Shown: positions 25,821 to 38,813, numbered from the stretch's first letter. The stretch is DNA of 64,000 bases from Octopus sinensis (GCF_006345805.1 NC_042999.1:154690001-154754000), one strand, 5' to 3'. The notes: generated by a model not told the origin, from the letters alone. Program-made: numbers and translations.

Positions 25821-26529
25821 TTCCATCGTCTCTCTTGCCATTAGAAATGCAAGAACGTACAATTATTAGTCAGTTAGGAAAAGTGGAACTAACGACGCTG
25901 TTATTCACATATACCTTTGGAATATAGTAATTGCTTTCTTAAAACATTTTGACGAATATTTTCGAAGTCAATGAAGTTCTCTCCCTTGGATTATGAGTCG
26001 CTCTGTTTTCTGATATAGGCACAAGGAGGGTTAATCGATAATTGAACTTAATTTTTGATCTCGGACGGATGGAAGGCAAATTTAACCTTGGCAGGATTTA
26101 AGAAAATAATGAAGCTTTTATTTTATATTGTTCAGGTGCCCTACAACTCGACGCAAAATGGCAAAAGAGAGAGCAGGTAGCCAATGAAAACTAGAAGTAC
26201 ATGCAGGGATAGTGTCCTGAGGCTTATCACTAGGCGCAGTTGTGACTGTGTGGTAAGAAGTTTGCTTCCCAACAACATGGTTCCAGGTTCAATCCCACTG
26301 CACGGCACCTCAGGCAAGTGTCTTCTATTATAGCCTTGGGCCGACCAAAGACTTGTGAGTGGATTTGCTAAACAGAAACTGAAAGAATCCCGTCATAAGT
26401 GTCTTGGTGTCAATGCTTGTCCCCCACTATCGTTTAACAACTGCTGTTGGCGTGTTTCTTGGTGTCAATGCTTGTCCCCCACTATCGTTTAACAACTGCT
26501 GTTGGCGTGTTTCTGTCCCTGAAATTTAG

Positions 26530-26870
26530 CAGTTCGAGGAATTTCTGTCGGGTTTCAGTGGAACCTGGCATATTTTATCAATATCCCAGGACATCTGCCC
26601 CACTGAGTCTAAATCAAACTCCCGACTCAAGATCGAATTCCAGGTAGAAATTTTAAGTCTCTGGAACGACACCTTATCTACCGGTTAGACTTCACACAAA
26701 GTGATACCATCAAGAGTCAGTGGAGTGTCATCATTGACTAGGAAGTATTTGCCCCAGCCCCTGATGGAGAACCACATGCACTTGCCGATATTGATTTCTA
26801 GCCTGACTGCACAATAGATCTCCAAGCATCTATCCATAAGAGCCTGAAGCCCATTGCGTGAGCTCAACAG
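26530..26870 (-). mobile_element. Degraded LINE RT fragment
   Basis: LQALMDRC...LEINIGKC resembles the post-YADD RT motif. Confidence 0.5.
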
Positions 26871-29386
26871 AAATATTGTATGTGAAGGGTTAAAGAGATC
26901 TAAATTGAAAATTTCATGTTAATCCATGTTCCAAATGCATACATAGAAAAAGACAATGATATTTTTTCTAAATTCTTCAGTATTTTCAAAATTAATTGAA
27001 AGAAAGGTGGTCTATGGCAACAGAAATTTGATAGCTAAAGGGTTAATTTATAACTATATCATCATCATCATTATCAATTAACATCTGTTGTCCATGCTGG
27101 CATGGGTTGGATGGTTTAACCAGGCTGGTACACTGGAAGGTTGCACCAAACTCTAGTCTGATTTGGCATGGTTTTCTACAGCTGGATGCCCTTTCTAACA
27201 CCAACCACTCCAAGAGTGTAATTGGTTCTATTACATGTCACTGGCACAGGTGCCATTTGCATGACACTGGGGTGCATTTACATTCCACTGGCATGGGTGC
27301 CAATTTTCATGACACTGATATCTGCCACAACTGCAATTTTGCTCGGCTTGATGGATCTTCTTCTCAAGCACAACATTAGGCCAAAGGTTTTGGTCATTGC
27401 CTCCGTGAGGTCCAACACTCAAAAGGAACTCAGCTGCTTTGCTTCCATGAGGCCCAACACTCGAAAGGAACTCAGCCAGTTTGCCTCCATGAAAATGAAA
27501 TGTCCAGAGGATGAAATCCGGATCATTAGTCAGGAATGTCCTGGGGGTAAATAATAACAACAATTATTAAATTTATTTTTCATTATTCATTTTTTATTTT
27601 TTATTCACATATGTATTTCAAAAAATTCTTCAAAAACAGTTATATGTCTCAAGACAGTTTAACTGTAAGATTAATGATGGATGTCAACTGATATGTAAGT
27701 ATAAAAATGTATTATGATTTATACAAAGCAGTTCTTTTGAAATAAAGTTTTAAAATCATGATGAATGAATGAAAGAAATTAATATGATGCGATGTGAAGT
27801 AATTTTAACACTTTGCTTTTAACCCAAAGCACTTTCATAAGTTTGTCCTAAATATCCATGCTTGCTGTCAGACTTTTAATTAACCCATGTCTCATAAATT
27901 CTGAGTAAGATAAAACTTTCCTTTCATAAGTCCCAAGTTACTCTTTTACTCTTTTACTTGTTTCAGATAGTTGACTGTGGCCATGCTGGAGCACCGCCTT
28001 TAGTCGAGCAACTCGACCCCAGGTCTTATTCTTTGGAAACCTAGTACTTATTCTATCGGTCTCTTTTGCTGAACCGCTAAGTTACAGGGATGTAAACACA
28101 CCACCATCAGTTGTCAAGCGATGTTGGAGGGCAAACACATACACACAAACATATACACACACAAACATATACACACACAAACATATATATATATATATAT
28201 ATATATATACGACAGGCTTCTTTCAGTTTCTGTCTACCAAGTCCACTCACAAGGCTTTGGTCAGCCCGAGGCTATAGTAGAAGACACTTGCCTAAGGTGC
28301 CACACAGTGGGAATGAACCCAGAACCATGTGGTTGGTAAGCAAGCTACTTACCACATAGCCACTCCTGCACCTGGAAATTGGGGAAAAAAATGGGAATGT
28401 GTATAATATATCAATAGAATACATTAGCACCAGGGACATAAGTCCTGTGTATCACATTTCGCAGTATAGGCAGAGGGTTAAACTGAGAGGAACTACATAA
28501 TTTGTTAGTATAAAAAACATTGTACTGTAGTACTCTATAGCAGAATAGCCATAGGAATAGTACTGAAAGACTATATAGCAGGTAAGAGTAAGAATATACT
28601 ATGCAGTATAGAAATATATATATAGTAGTTTAGTGTAAGAAGGATAAAATAGTGCTACTCATGATTATCATTGAATAGTAATTTTCAAAAATTTCATAAG
28701 TAAATAAAAAAAAAGAACTAAATATGTGAAGTTTGTGCATCACTTTCTTTGTAACTCCTTCATTTCAAATTCAGAGACACATGCTTGCTATGGTATATTA
28801 GGGATAAGAAACAGTATTGATGGCTATTCTTATGTGTGAGAATAAATAAACAATACATATCATCATCATCATCATCTCATCATCGTTTAACGTCCGCTTT
28901 CCGCGCTAGCACGGTTGGACGGTTCGACCGGTCTGGAAGCCAGGGGCCGCTCCAGGCTCCAGTCTGAATCTGGCAGAGTTTCTACGGCTGGATGCCCTTC
29001 CTAACGCCAACCACTCCGTGAGTGGATTGGGTGCTTTTACGTGCCACTGCACAGGGGCCGAGGGTCCGGCATCGTCACGATCGGTTCGAGCATTTTAACG
29101 TGTCAGCGGCACGGGGGCAACGAGGTCCGGGGTACTTGGGGATCGGGGTACTTTGGGGATCTAGGGTGGTGTTAGCAGTGGACATTCGTTATCGTCACTG
29201 AGTAACGTAATTAGGTAGAGGAAAGAAATACAGATATTCTAGAGTTGAGTTGGGGAGGGGAGGTCCAGTTGAGGCGGGTAGTATAGGGGAGCAACCAGTG
29301 GGGAAGGTTGGGGTAAGAAGGAACGATGGCAGGAAGGATTGGTGTAGGTTCGTAAGAAATAAAAACGTAGGATATTACGAGGCGGA

Positions 29387-29419
<33 letters not shown>

Positions 29420-29750
29420 TTCGGCAAAATTTAGATTCGCTATGTTGGCAAACGAAATAGAGATAAGAATGTGTATTGTCCATTTGATTGGAAAATTTCT
29501 ATAAGTGGCTGAAGATTGCTCGACATTTTAAAACTGATGTAATACTTACAGTATTTAATAAAATGAAGTAGCATGAAACAATTGTACCACTCTACCTCGG
29601 ATATACATATAAAATATGACAACATCTCTGACAGCTGTTTTTTTCCGCATACCTATATAGCCCAATGCTATTTATTTCATATTCACTCCTGAATATTTGT
29701 TCCTTATATATATATATAAGTAAATAAATGGTGTTATTCAAATTCTTTTA

Positions 29751-29836
29751 CTTTCAACATATGTTTCGAAGACAACATTGGTTTTATTCCAAAGGAATAA
29801 ACGGTGTAAAATAATGTAATCTTCTCATCAGGAAAA
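29751..29836 (-). ncRNA. Minimal type I hammerhead-like motif (intact core, GUU, long loop II)
   Basis: Minus strand: TTTTC-CTGATGA-GAAGA...TCTTC-GAAA-C(ATAT)G-TT-GAAAG. Loop II contains a TTTATTCC/GGAATAAA hairpin; palindromic ATAT loop III. Confidence 0.65.
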
Positions 29837-31002
29837 ACAGAGAACCTATCTCAATAACAAAACATTATAACAATTTTGATGACTGCATAAATGATAAACA
29901 GAACACTATTAAGTATTTTTTTAAAACTGTTAGTAGATCTGATATCAAAGGCAGACCAAAGGAAGAGAAGGGGTAAAGAAATAATAAGTAGAGAACAAAT
30001 AAAGAGGGATGTATTGGTTGAAAAAATGTTCAAAGGCTTGGAAGCAGATTTCTCTATTGAAGTAAAGAGCAAGGTGACCTAAATGTTCAAACTATACAAA
30101 CTGGTATAAATGACTTATGTGAGCTAAAGGTATGTTTCTGCCATATACATGCATGTGTATATGTATCCATGCATATAGTACTTGATAGTGTACAGTGAAA
30201 CATGTTAACTGATAGAAAGTTACACCAGAAGTATTACCTTTTTTTTTATGTACAGACATAAAAGGTAGCTTATATAAGCAATATTCTATAATTTCTTTAG
30301 GAAAATTCAGACCTTTTATATTTGTACATAACAGCGGAAAAGATAGCTTTGTTACTTCCAACTGATTTTTCAATCACTACACACACACAAGTTTACAGAA
30401 AGCAAAAGGAAACAGGTGAAAGAACAACAAGCAGGTGTATTAGTTTATATATATATATTTCTTTACTACCCACAAGAGGCTAAACACAGAGGGGACAAAC
30501 AAGGACAGACAAACGGATTACATCGACCCCAGTGTGTAACTGGTACTTAATATATCGACCCCGAAAGGATGAAAGGCAAAGTCGACCTCGGCGGAATTTG
30601 AACACAGAACGTAACGGCAGACGAAATACAGCTACGCATTTCGCCCGGCATGCTAACGTTTCTGCCAGCTCGCCGCCTTTGTTTATATATATATTCTGGT
30701 CAATGCCAGTACCCACTGACTGGCTCCTGTGCCAGTGGCACATAAAAAGCACCATTCAAATGCAGTTGATATCAGTGCCCCCTGACTGGCTCCTATGCTG
30801 GTGGCCTATAAAGCACCCACTACACTCTCAGAGTTGTTGGTATTAGGAAGGACATCCAGCTGTAGAAAACTTGCTAGATCAGATTGGAGCCTTGTGCAGC
30901 CATCTGGTTTGCCAGTCCTCAGTCAAACCATCCAACCCATGCCAGCATGGAAATCAAACGTTAAACGATGATTATGATGGTCATAATGATGATGATATAT
31001 AT

Positions 31003-31066
<64 letters not shown>

Positions 31067-31101
31067 ATATATATATAGAATTGATATATCGGTTCTATTC
31101 T

Positions 31102-31156
31102 AGCAAAAACTGTCCGACGAACGGGAACGTGAAACTCAGAGTAACAGGTTTTTGTT
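31102..31156 (+). ncRNA. Minimal type I hammerhead-like motif with U4->C (CCGACGA), GUA triplet
   Basis: AGCAAAAACTGT-CCGACGA-ACG(GGAA)CGT-GAAA-CT(CAG)AG-TA-ACAG(g)TTTTTGTT. Long stem I and a GNRA loop on stem II; flanked on both sides by (AT)n. Confidence 0.6.
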
Positions 31157-31207
31157 GAATTTTCTGCTGCTTTTAAATAAAGTATATATATATATATATA
31201 TATATAT

Positions 31208-31288
<81 letters not shown>

Positions 31289-31951
31289 CATATATTTTTT
31301 TTTTTAAGACTCCGCCGGTTACGACGACGAGGGTCCCAGCTGATACGATCAACGGAACAGCTTGCTCGTGAAATTAACGTGCAAATGGCTGAGCACTCCA
31401 CAGACACGTGTACCCTTAACGTAGTTCTCGGGGATAATCAGCGTGACACAGAGAGTGACAAGGCTGACCCTTTGAAATACAAGTACAACTCATTTTTGCC
31501 AGCTGAGTGGACTGGAGCAACGTGAAATAAAGTGTCTTGCTCAAGGACACAACGCGTCGCCGGGAATCGAACTCACAACCTTACGATCATGAGCCGAATG
31601 CCCTAACCACTAAGCCACGCGCCCTCACATATACATATATATATAGATATACATACACACACACACATATTTGTCATTCAAAAGCACATAATGATTGTTG
31701 AAATTACATTTATCATTTGTTGGAATCATGTCAGTGACCAGATCTCAATTAATCGGTGTCACAAAATTTTTGACTCCAGATACAAAATAACAAATGTTTA
31801 AATCAAGAAGTGAATAGCTTTTGTGTTTCTGAATGGGTTATATGTGCCTTCTATACCTTTTCTGTTTTAGTTTCAAACTCATTGTCTCACATTAAATCAC
31901 TTGCCTGGCATTATACCTCCTAAATGTGTTGGTATATATTATATATGTTAT

Positions 31952-32040
<89 letters not shown>

Positions 32041-32044
<4 letters not shown>

Positions 32045-32178
32045 TGAATTTTCAACCCCTATCTCATTTATATATATATATATATATATATTTGGGTTGA
32101 ATTTTCAACCCTATCTCTTTTATATATATATATAATATATATATATATTGGGTTGAATTTTCAACCCTATCTCATTTT

Positions 32179-32212
<34 letters not shown>

Positions 32213-32430
32213 TGGGTTGAATTTTCAACCCTATCTCATTTTATATATATATAATATATATATATATATATTATATATATATATATATATTGGGTTGAAT
32301 TTTCAACCCCTATCTCATTTTATATATATATATATTGGGTTGAATTTTCAACCCCTATCTCATTTTATATATATATATATATATATATATCTATATATAT
32401 ATATTGGGTTGAATTTTCAACCCCTATCTC

Positions 32431-32481
<51 letters not shown>

Positions 32482-32503
32482 GTTGAATTTTCAACCCCTA
32501 TCT

Positions 32504-32541
<38 letters not shown>
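32041..32541. repeat. Array of 8 palindromic ~29-bp units separated by variable (AT)n
   Basis: GGGTTGAATTTTCAACCC(C)TATCTCATTT at 32041, 32094, 32150, 32214, 32292, 32337, 32406 and 32480. Confidence 0.92.
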
Positions 32542-32544
<3 letters not shown>

Positions 32545-32675
32545 AAACTTTGTCTTTCATCCTTGTAGGGATCCATGAAAATAAGTACCAATCTAATAGT
32601 GGTGGGGTGGTAGGGATTAATATAAATCAAGCCTGCCCCCTCCCCCAACTCATGGCCGTTGTTAAAATTTGAAGC

Positions 32676-32677
<2 letters not shown>

Positions 32678-32729
<52 letters not shown>

Positions 32730-32830
32730 CATCATCATTATTATTATTATTCAGTAGTTTTATGTTTATAGCGTGCTTTCACTTCACTACCAAACGCAGC
32801 TCTGTGTGCCTTGGGTATGTGCTGTTATTA

Positions 32831-32872
<42 letters not shown>

Positions 32873-32974
32873 TATTATTATCATCATCATTATTATTATT
32901 ATTCAGTAGTTTTATGTTTATAGCGTGCTTTCACTTCACTACCAAACGCAGCTCTGTGTGCCTTGGGTATGTGC

Positions 32975-33040
<66 letters not shown>

Positions 33041-33276
33041 CATCATCATTATTATTATTATTCAGTAGTTTTATGTTTATAGCGTGCTTTCACTTCACTA
33101 CCAAACGCAGCTCTGTGTGCCTTGGGTATGTGCTGTTGTTATTATTATTATTATATTATTATTATATTATTATTATTATTATTATCATCATCATTATTAT
33201 TATTATTCAGTAGTTTTTGTTTATAGCTGCTTTCACTTCACTACCAAACGCAGCTCTGTGTGCCTTGGGTATGTGC

Positions 33277-33319
<43 letters not shown>

Positions 33320-33573
33320 TTATTATTATTATTATCATCATCATTATTATTATTCAGTAGTTTTATTTTATAGCGTGCTTTCACTTCACTACCGAGCGCA
33401 GCTCTGTTGTGCCTGGGTATGTGTGTATATTATTAGTATTATTATTATTATTATTATTATTTATTATTAGTATTATTATCATCATCATTATTATTATTCA
33501 GTAGTTTTATTTATAGCGTGCTTTCACTTCACTACCGAGCGCAGCTCTGTGTGCCTTGGGTTTGTTATGTGAT

Positions 33574-33634
<61 letters not shown>

Positions 33635-33754
33635 CATCATCATTATTATTATTATTCAGTAGTTTTATGTTTATAGCGTGCTTTCACTTCACTACCGAGC
33701 GCAGCTCTGTGTGCCTTGGGTATGTGCTGTTATTATTATTATTATTTATTATTA

Positions 33755-33790
<36 letters not shown>

Positions 33791-33883
33791 CATCATCATT
33801 ATTATTATTATTCAGTAGTTTTATGTTTATAGCGTGCTTTCACTTCACTAACGAGCGCAGCTCTGTGTGCCTTGGGTATGTGC

Positions 33884-33919
<36 letters not shown>

Positions 33920-34020
33920 CATCATCATATTATTATTATTCAGTAGTTTATGGTTTATAGCGTGCTTTCACTTCACTACCGAGCGCAGCTCTGTGTGCCT
34001 GGGTATGTGATGTTATTATA

Positions 34021-34065
<45 letters not shown>

Positions 34066-34351
34066 CATCATCATCATTATTATTATTATTCAGTAGTTTT
34101 ATGTTTATAGCGTGCTTTCACTTCACTACCGAGCGCAGCTCTGTGCCTTGGGTATGTGCTTTATTATTATTCTTATTATTATTATTTATATTATTATTAT
34201 TATTATTATCATCATCATATTATTATTATCAGTTAGTAGTTTTATGTTTATAGCGTGCTTCACTTCACTACCGAGTGCAGCTCTGTGTGCTTGGGTATGT
34301 GCTGTTATTATTATTATATTATATTATTATTATTATTATTATTATTATTAT
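32678..34351 (-). repeat. Array of 11 Dong/R4-like 3' tails (~75 bp) separated by (ATT)n(ATC)3(ATT)n; period ~130-160 bp
   Basis: Unit ttcagtagttttatgtttatagcgtgctttcacttcactacc(aaa/gag)cgcagctctgtgtgccttgggtatgtgctgtt starts at about 32750, 32902, 33061, 33206, 33353, 33497, 33655, 33811, 33939, 34089 and 34230. It matches 4201-4276. Confidence 0.92.
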
Positions 34352-34585
34352 GTTCTATTTGAGACATTTTAGGTAAACATTAGGCTAACTGACACTGCAT
34401 GTAAAATGCACATACTAATGCAACTCGCTTACAAATCTGATCAACAAACAGACCTAAGAACAGGGTTTGTACATACCCTAGAAATTGCCTGTAAACCTAA
34501 AATTAATATAAGCATAATGGCCAGTTGTAAAATCTCAAGAAGAGATCAGAATAGCAACTATACTAATGAGTAAAGTTAGTCACAA

Positions 34586-34734
34586 CATCAAAGTGGATGT
34601 TCCCTGTTACTACTAGTTTAACCCCAGGCAGATCTTCTACCAGCTGGTTATTGGTGCGATATGCACTGATAACCAGCTGGCAGAAGATCTGCTTGGGGTT
34701 AAACTAGTAGTAACAGGGAACATCCACTTTGATG
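34586..34734. repeat. Near-perfect 72-bp inverted repeat with 5-nt loop
   Basis: 68/72 Watson-Crick pairs; the other four are 3 G.U and 1 A.C in + strand RNA. Confidence 0.95.
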
Positions 34735-34951
34735 AGAAAATTAATAATATTGATAATGTTAAACAATGTAAAGAAGTGACGTAACTCCATTGTTTTAATT
34801 TTTTTATTTACTTTCCAAGAGAAAAAAATGTGTTTTGTTTATATCAGGAAGCAAAATATATATATACATAAATACACACACACACATGCATACACACACA
34901 TATATATATATACATACACACATATTATGTATGTATGTATATAATATATAT

Positions 34952-34992
<41 letters not shown>

Positions 34993-35002
34993 ACACACAC
35001 GC

Positions 35003-35041
<39 letters not shown>

Positions 35042-36668
35042 TATACATACATACATATATATATAAAAACATACATATATATATACATATACACATACAT
35101 ATATATATATATACACACACACATATATATGTATGTATATATAAAGATGGTTGAAATTGATGTTTTGTATTTTTGACATATTAGGGTTATGTGCCAATTA
35201 TGACATGTCTGTGGTTGTGATTTAATGATTGTCACCGGTGTTAAATATATTTAGAAAAAAAAGATTTAATTTATTTAAAATATTTGAAAATAAAGCTGGT
35301 ACACAATAGTGAAGGGAGAATATGTAGGTCAGGAATGAGATGATTACAACTGACTGAGTTTGAATGATTCTGCCCAGCTCGTAATAACAGACCTTTCTAC
35401 TATAGGCACAAGGGCTGAAATTCTAAATGATAATTATGGTTTCAAATTTTGGCGCAAGGCCAGGAATGGGGGGGATTATACTGACCCCCACCCATCCACC
35501 ACTAGATTGGTACTTATTTCATTGATCCCTAGAAGGACGAAAGACAAACTTGACCTCAGTGGAATTTGAACTCAGAACGTAAAGGCAAACGAAATACCTA
35601 TTTCTTTATTGCCCACAGGGGACTAAACAGAGTACAAACAAGGGTAGACAAACGGTTTAAGTCGATTTTATCAACCCCAGTGTGTAACTGGTACTTATTT
35701 AATCGACACCTAAAGGATGAAAGGCAAAGATGATCTCAGCAGAATTTGACCTCAGAACATAGCGGCAGACCAAATACCTGTTTCTTTACTACCCACAAGG
35801 GGCTAAACACAGAGAGGACAAACAAGGACAGACACACGGATTAAGTCGATTATATCGACTCCAGTGCGTAACTGGTACTTATTTAATCGACCCCGAAAAG
35901 ATGAAAGGCAAAGTCCACCTCGGTGGAATTTGAACTCAGAATGTAACAGCGGACGAAATACAGCTAAGCATTTCACCCAGCATGCTAACATTTCTACCAA
36001 CTTGCCATCTTCATTTCAATTTTAATAAGAATAATTTTGCATCAGTCTGTACTCTATATTTTTGTAGAGTTCAAATTTATTATTCAAAAACAAGAATGTT
36101 GTTGACAGGGAATTTGAAGTCAAAACTACGAAGTTACTGTCAACAACATTCTTGCATAAGAATGCTAAAAATATATATGCACACACACGAGTGTGCATAC
36201 GCATGTGTGTGTATTTGTGTATGTGTATATTTGTGTGTGTGTGCATGTGTGTGTGCATGTGTGTGTGCATGTGTGTGTGTGTGTGTTTGTGTATCATCAT
36301 CATCGTTTAATGTCCGCTTTCCATGCTGGCATGGGTTGGACATGTGTGTATTTGTGTATGTGTGCTTTTGTGTGTGTATGTGTATGTGTGTGTATCTGTT
36401 TGTGTGTGTGTGTGTGAGTGTTTGAGTATGTATTTACTTACACTTGTGCTTCTCTGAAAAATCGCTGAGCAGTGAGATTACTGTAATTTCCTCTGCCATC
36501 AAATTGGCCACAGGCTTTTGGAAGTGAATATGAAATCTCTTTCTCATAAAACAGGTAAGGGTTAGCGACAGGTAGGTTGTCTACCTGTAAAACAATATCT
36601 TTATAATACACAGAATTAAACAACTGAACATTTTATATATATTATATCTGTATATATACATATATATG

Positions 36669-36734
<66 letters not shown>

Positions 36735-36808
36735 ATATATACATATATATATACATATATATATATACATATATATATATACATATATATATACATATAT
36801 ATATATAC

Positions 36809-36839
<31 letters not shown>

Positions 36840-36944
36840 CATATATATAATTTGTCCAACCCATGCTAGTATGGAAAGCGGACGTTAAACGATGATGATA
36901 TATGTGTGTGCGTGTGTGTGTGGTGTACACACACACACACACAG

Positions 36945-37030
<86 letters not shown>

Positions 37031-37348
37031 TATATACATATATACACACACACATATATACATATATGTATATATATATACTTTATTTTAGTATATATAT
37101 ATATATATATATTATATTAAATTAGAGATAAAACCACTATTAGGCAAATTATACAATGAAAAACTTAAGCCAATACATAAGATTAATTAATTTATATTAT
37201 TTTAAATATATATCAAAATTATTAAAAAAAGATAATTAGTATAACACTACGATCGTTTCATGGGTGTATATATATGTATATATGTTTGTATATATATATA
37301 TATATATATACAAACATATATACATATATATACACCCATATATATATA

Positions 37349-37760
37349 CTCTTTTACTCTTTTACTTGTTTCAGTCATTTGACTGCGGCCATGCTGGAGC
37401 ACCACCTTTAGTCGAGCAAATCGACCCCGGGACTTATTCTTTGTAAGCCCAGTACTTATTCTATCGGTCTCTTTCGCCGAACCGCTAAGTGACGGGGACG
37501 TAAACACACCAGCATCGGTTGTCAAGCAATGCTAGGGGGACAAACACAGACACACAAACACACACACATATACATATATATATATACATATATACGACAG
37601 GCTTCTTTCAGTTTCCGTCTACCAAATCCACTCACAAGGCATTGGTCGGCCCCGGGGCTATAGCAGAAGACACTTGCCCAAGGTGCCACGCAGTGGGACT
37701 GAACCCGCAACCATGTGGTTGGTTAGCAAGCTACTTACCACACAGCCACTCCTGCGCCTA
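37349..37760 (-). mobile_element. tRNA-derived SINE family A with central microsatellite. Other copies near 650-1660, 5345-5700, 6075-6540, 11163-11934, 27950-28372, 39270-39712.
   Basis: Head aggcgcaggagtggctgtgtggtaag...ggttcagtccc has Pol III A/B-box-like motifs; body and tail recur across the copies. Confidence 0.85.
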
Positions 37761-37771
37761 TATATATATAT

Positions 37772-37816
<45 letters not shown>

Positions 37817-38516
37817 GAGCGTAGACTTGAAATGTAAAAGACTTTTCCATTCTTCTCAAGTGTCAAACTAATACACTTGCTTGTTGTTCCTACACCTGTT
37901 TTTGTCTTTTATTTTCTGTAAATTTGAACTATATATATGTGTATAAAAAAATATATTTATATAAATGATGGGCTTCTTTCAGTTTCCATCTACCAAATCC
38001 ACTTACAAGACTTTGGTTGGCTCAAGTCTGTAGTAGAAGACACTTGCCCAAGGTGAACCCAGAACCATGGTGCTGGGAATCAAGCTTCTTACCACAGCCA
38101 CTTCTGTGCCTATTATATACACACACACACATATATGTGTGTGTGTGTGTGTGTGTGTATCCATCCATCCATACATACATACATGCATACATACATGTAT
38201 GTTTACTATGGCACTTCGTCGGTTATTATGATGAGGGTTATGACGATCAACTGAACAGTCTGCCCGTGAAATTAACATGCAAATGGCTGAGCACTCCACA
38301 GACACGTGTACCCTTAATGTAGTTCTTGGGGAGATTTAGCATGACACAAACTGGGACAAGGCTTGGGCCCCCTTTGAAATACAGGTACAACAGAAACAGG
38401 AAGAAAGAGCAAGGGACAGTTTTGGTGAAAGGGTACAGCAGAGTTCACCACCACCCCTTGTATGTATATTTATATATACATATATACACATATCAATGTG
38501 AAAGAGAGAGATATAA

Positions 38517-38572
<56 letters not shown>

Positions 38573-38725
38573 ATATAAAACCATTTGCACTGAAAGCATA
38601 TATATATATATATATATGATAAAAATGGTAAGACAGCAAAAGAATGAAAGAGACCTCGATATTATGTAAATAGAGGAATTTATCTGTAAATGTAATATGT
38701 GACAATAATTCGGATTTTGTCCGAT

Positions 38726-38797
38726 GGCCAGATAACTGAAGAGATGGCGGGGTGGATCTTCACCTTGGCATCCGAAACTCGGAGTTTTATCATGGCT
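38726..38797 (+). ncRNA. Minimal type I hammerhead-like motif (CUGAAGA core, GUU)
   Basis: GATAA-CTGAAGA-GATG...CATC-C-GAAA-CT(CGG)AG-TT-TTATC. Stem I GATAA/TTATC extends with GGCCA/TGGCT after a bulge; stem II is out of register by one C. Confidence 0.6.
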
Positions 38798-38813
38798 ACC
38801 AAATAATAGTCAC

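Noticed and set aside
26401-26519. 58-bp tandem duplication as a functional element
   Set aside because: It is a simple local duplication within a SINE body.
29851-30130. Coding exon (63-73 aa ORFs, donor-like aagGTATGT)
   Set aside because: No consistent frame, acceptor or homology.
31555-31626. tRNA gene (also heads at 12704, 18846, 51495, 54437)
   Set aside because: A/B boxes are present, but the acceptor and T stems do not pair and the sequences continue into SINE bodies.
32041-32541. CRISPR array
   Set aside because: The spacers are (AT)n microsatellite rather than unique sequence, there are no cas genes, and the context is eukaryotic.
32669-34372. Poly-Leu/Ile/Tyr ORFs as membrane proteins
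   Set aside because: They are translations of (ATT)n and the tail array. The same applies to the ORFs over (AT)n, (CA)n and (AAT)n elsewhere.
37245-37263. Hammerhead (minus strand GAAAC-GATC-GTA)
   Set aside because: Only the stem III half remains; the CUGANGA half is replaced by microsatellite.
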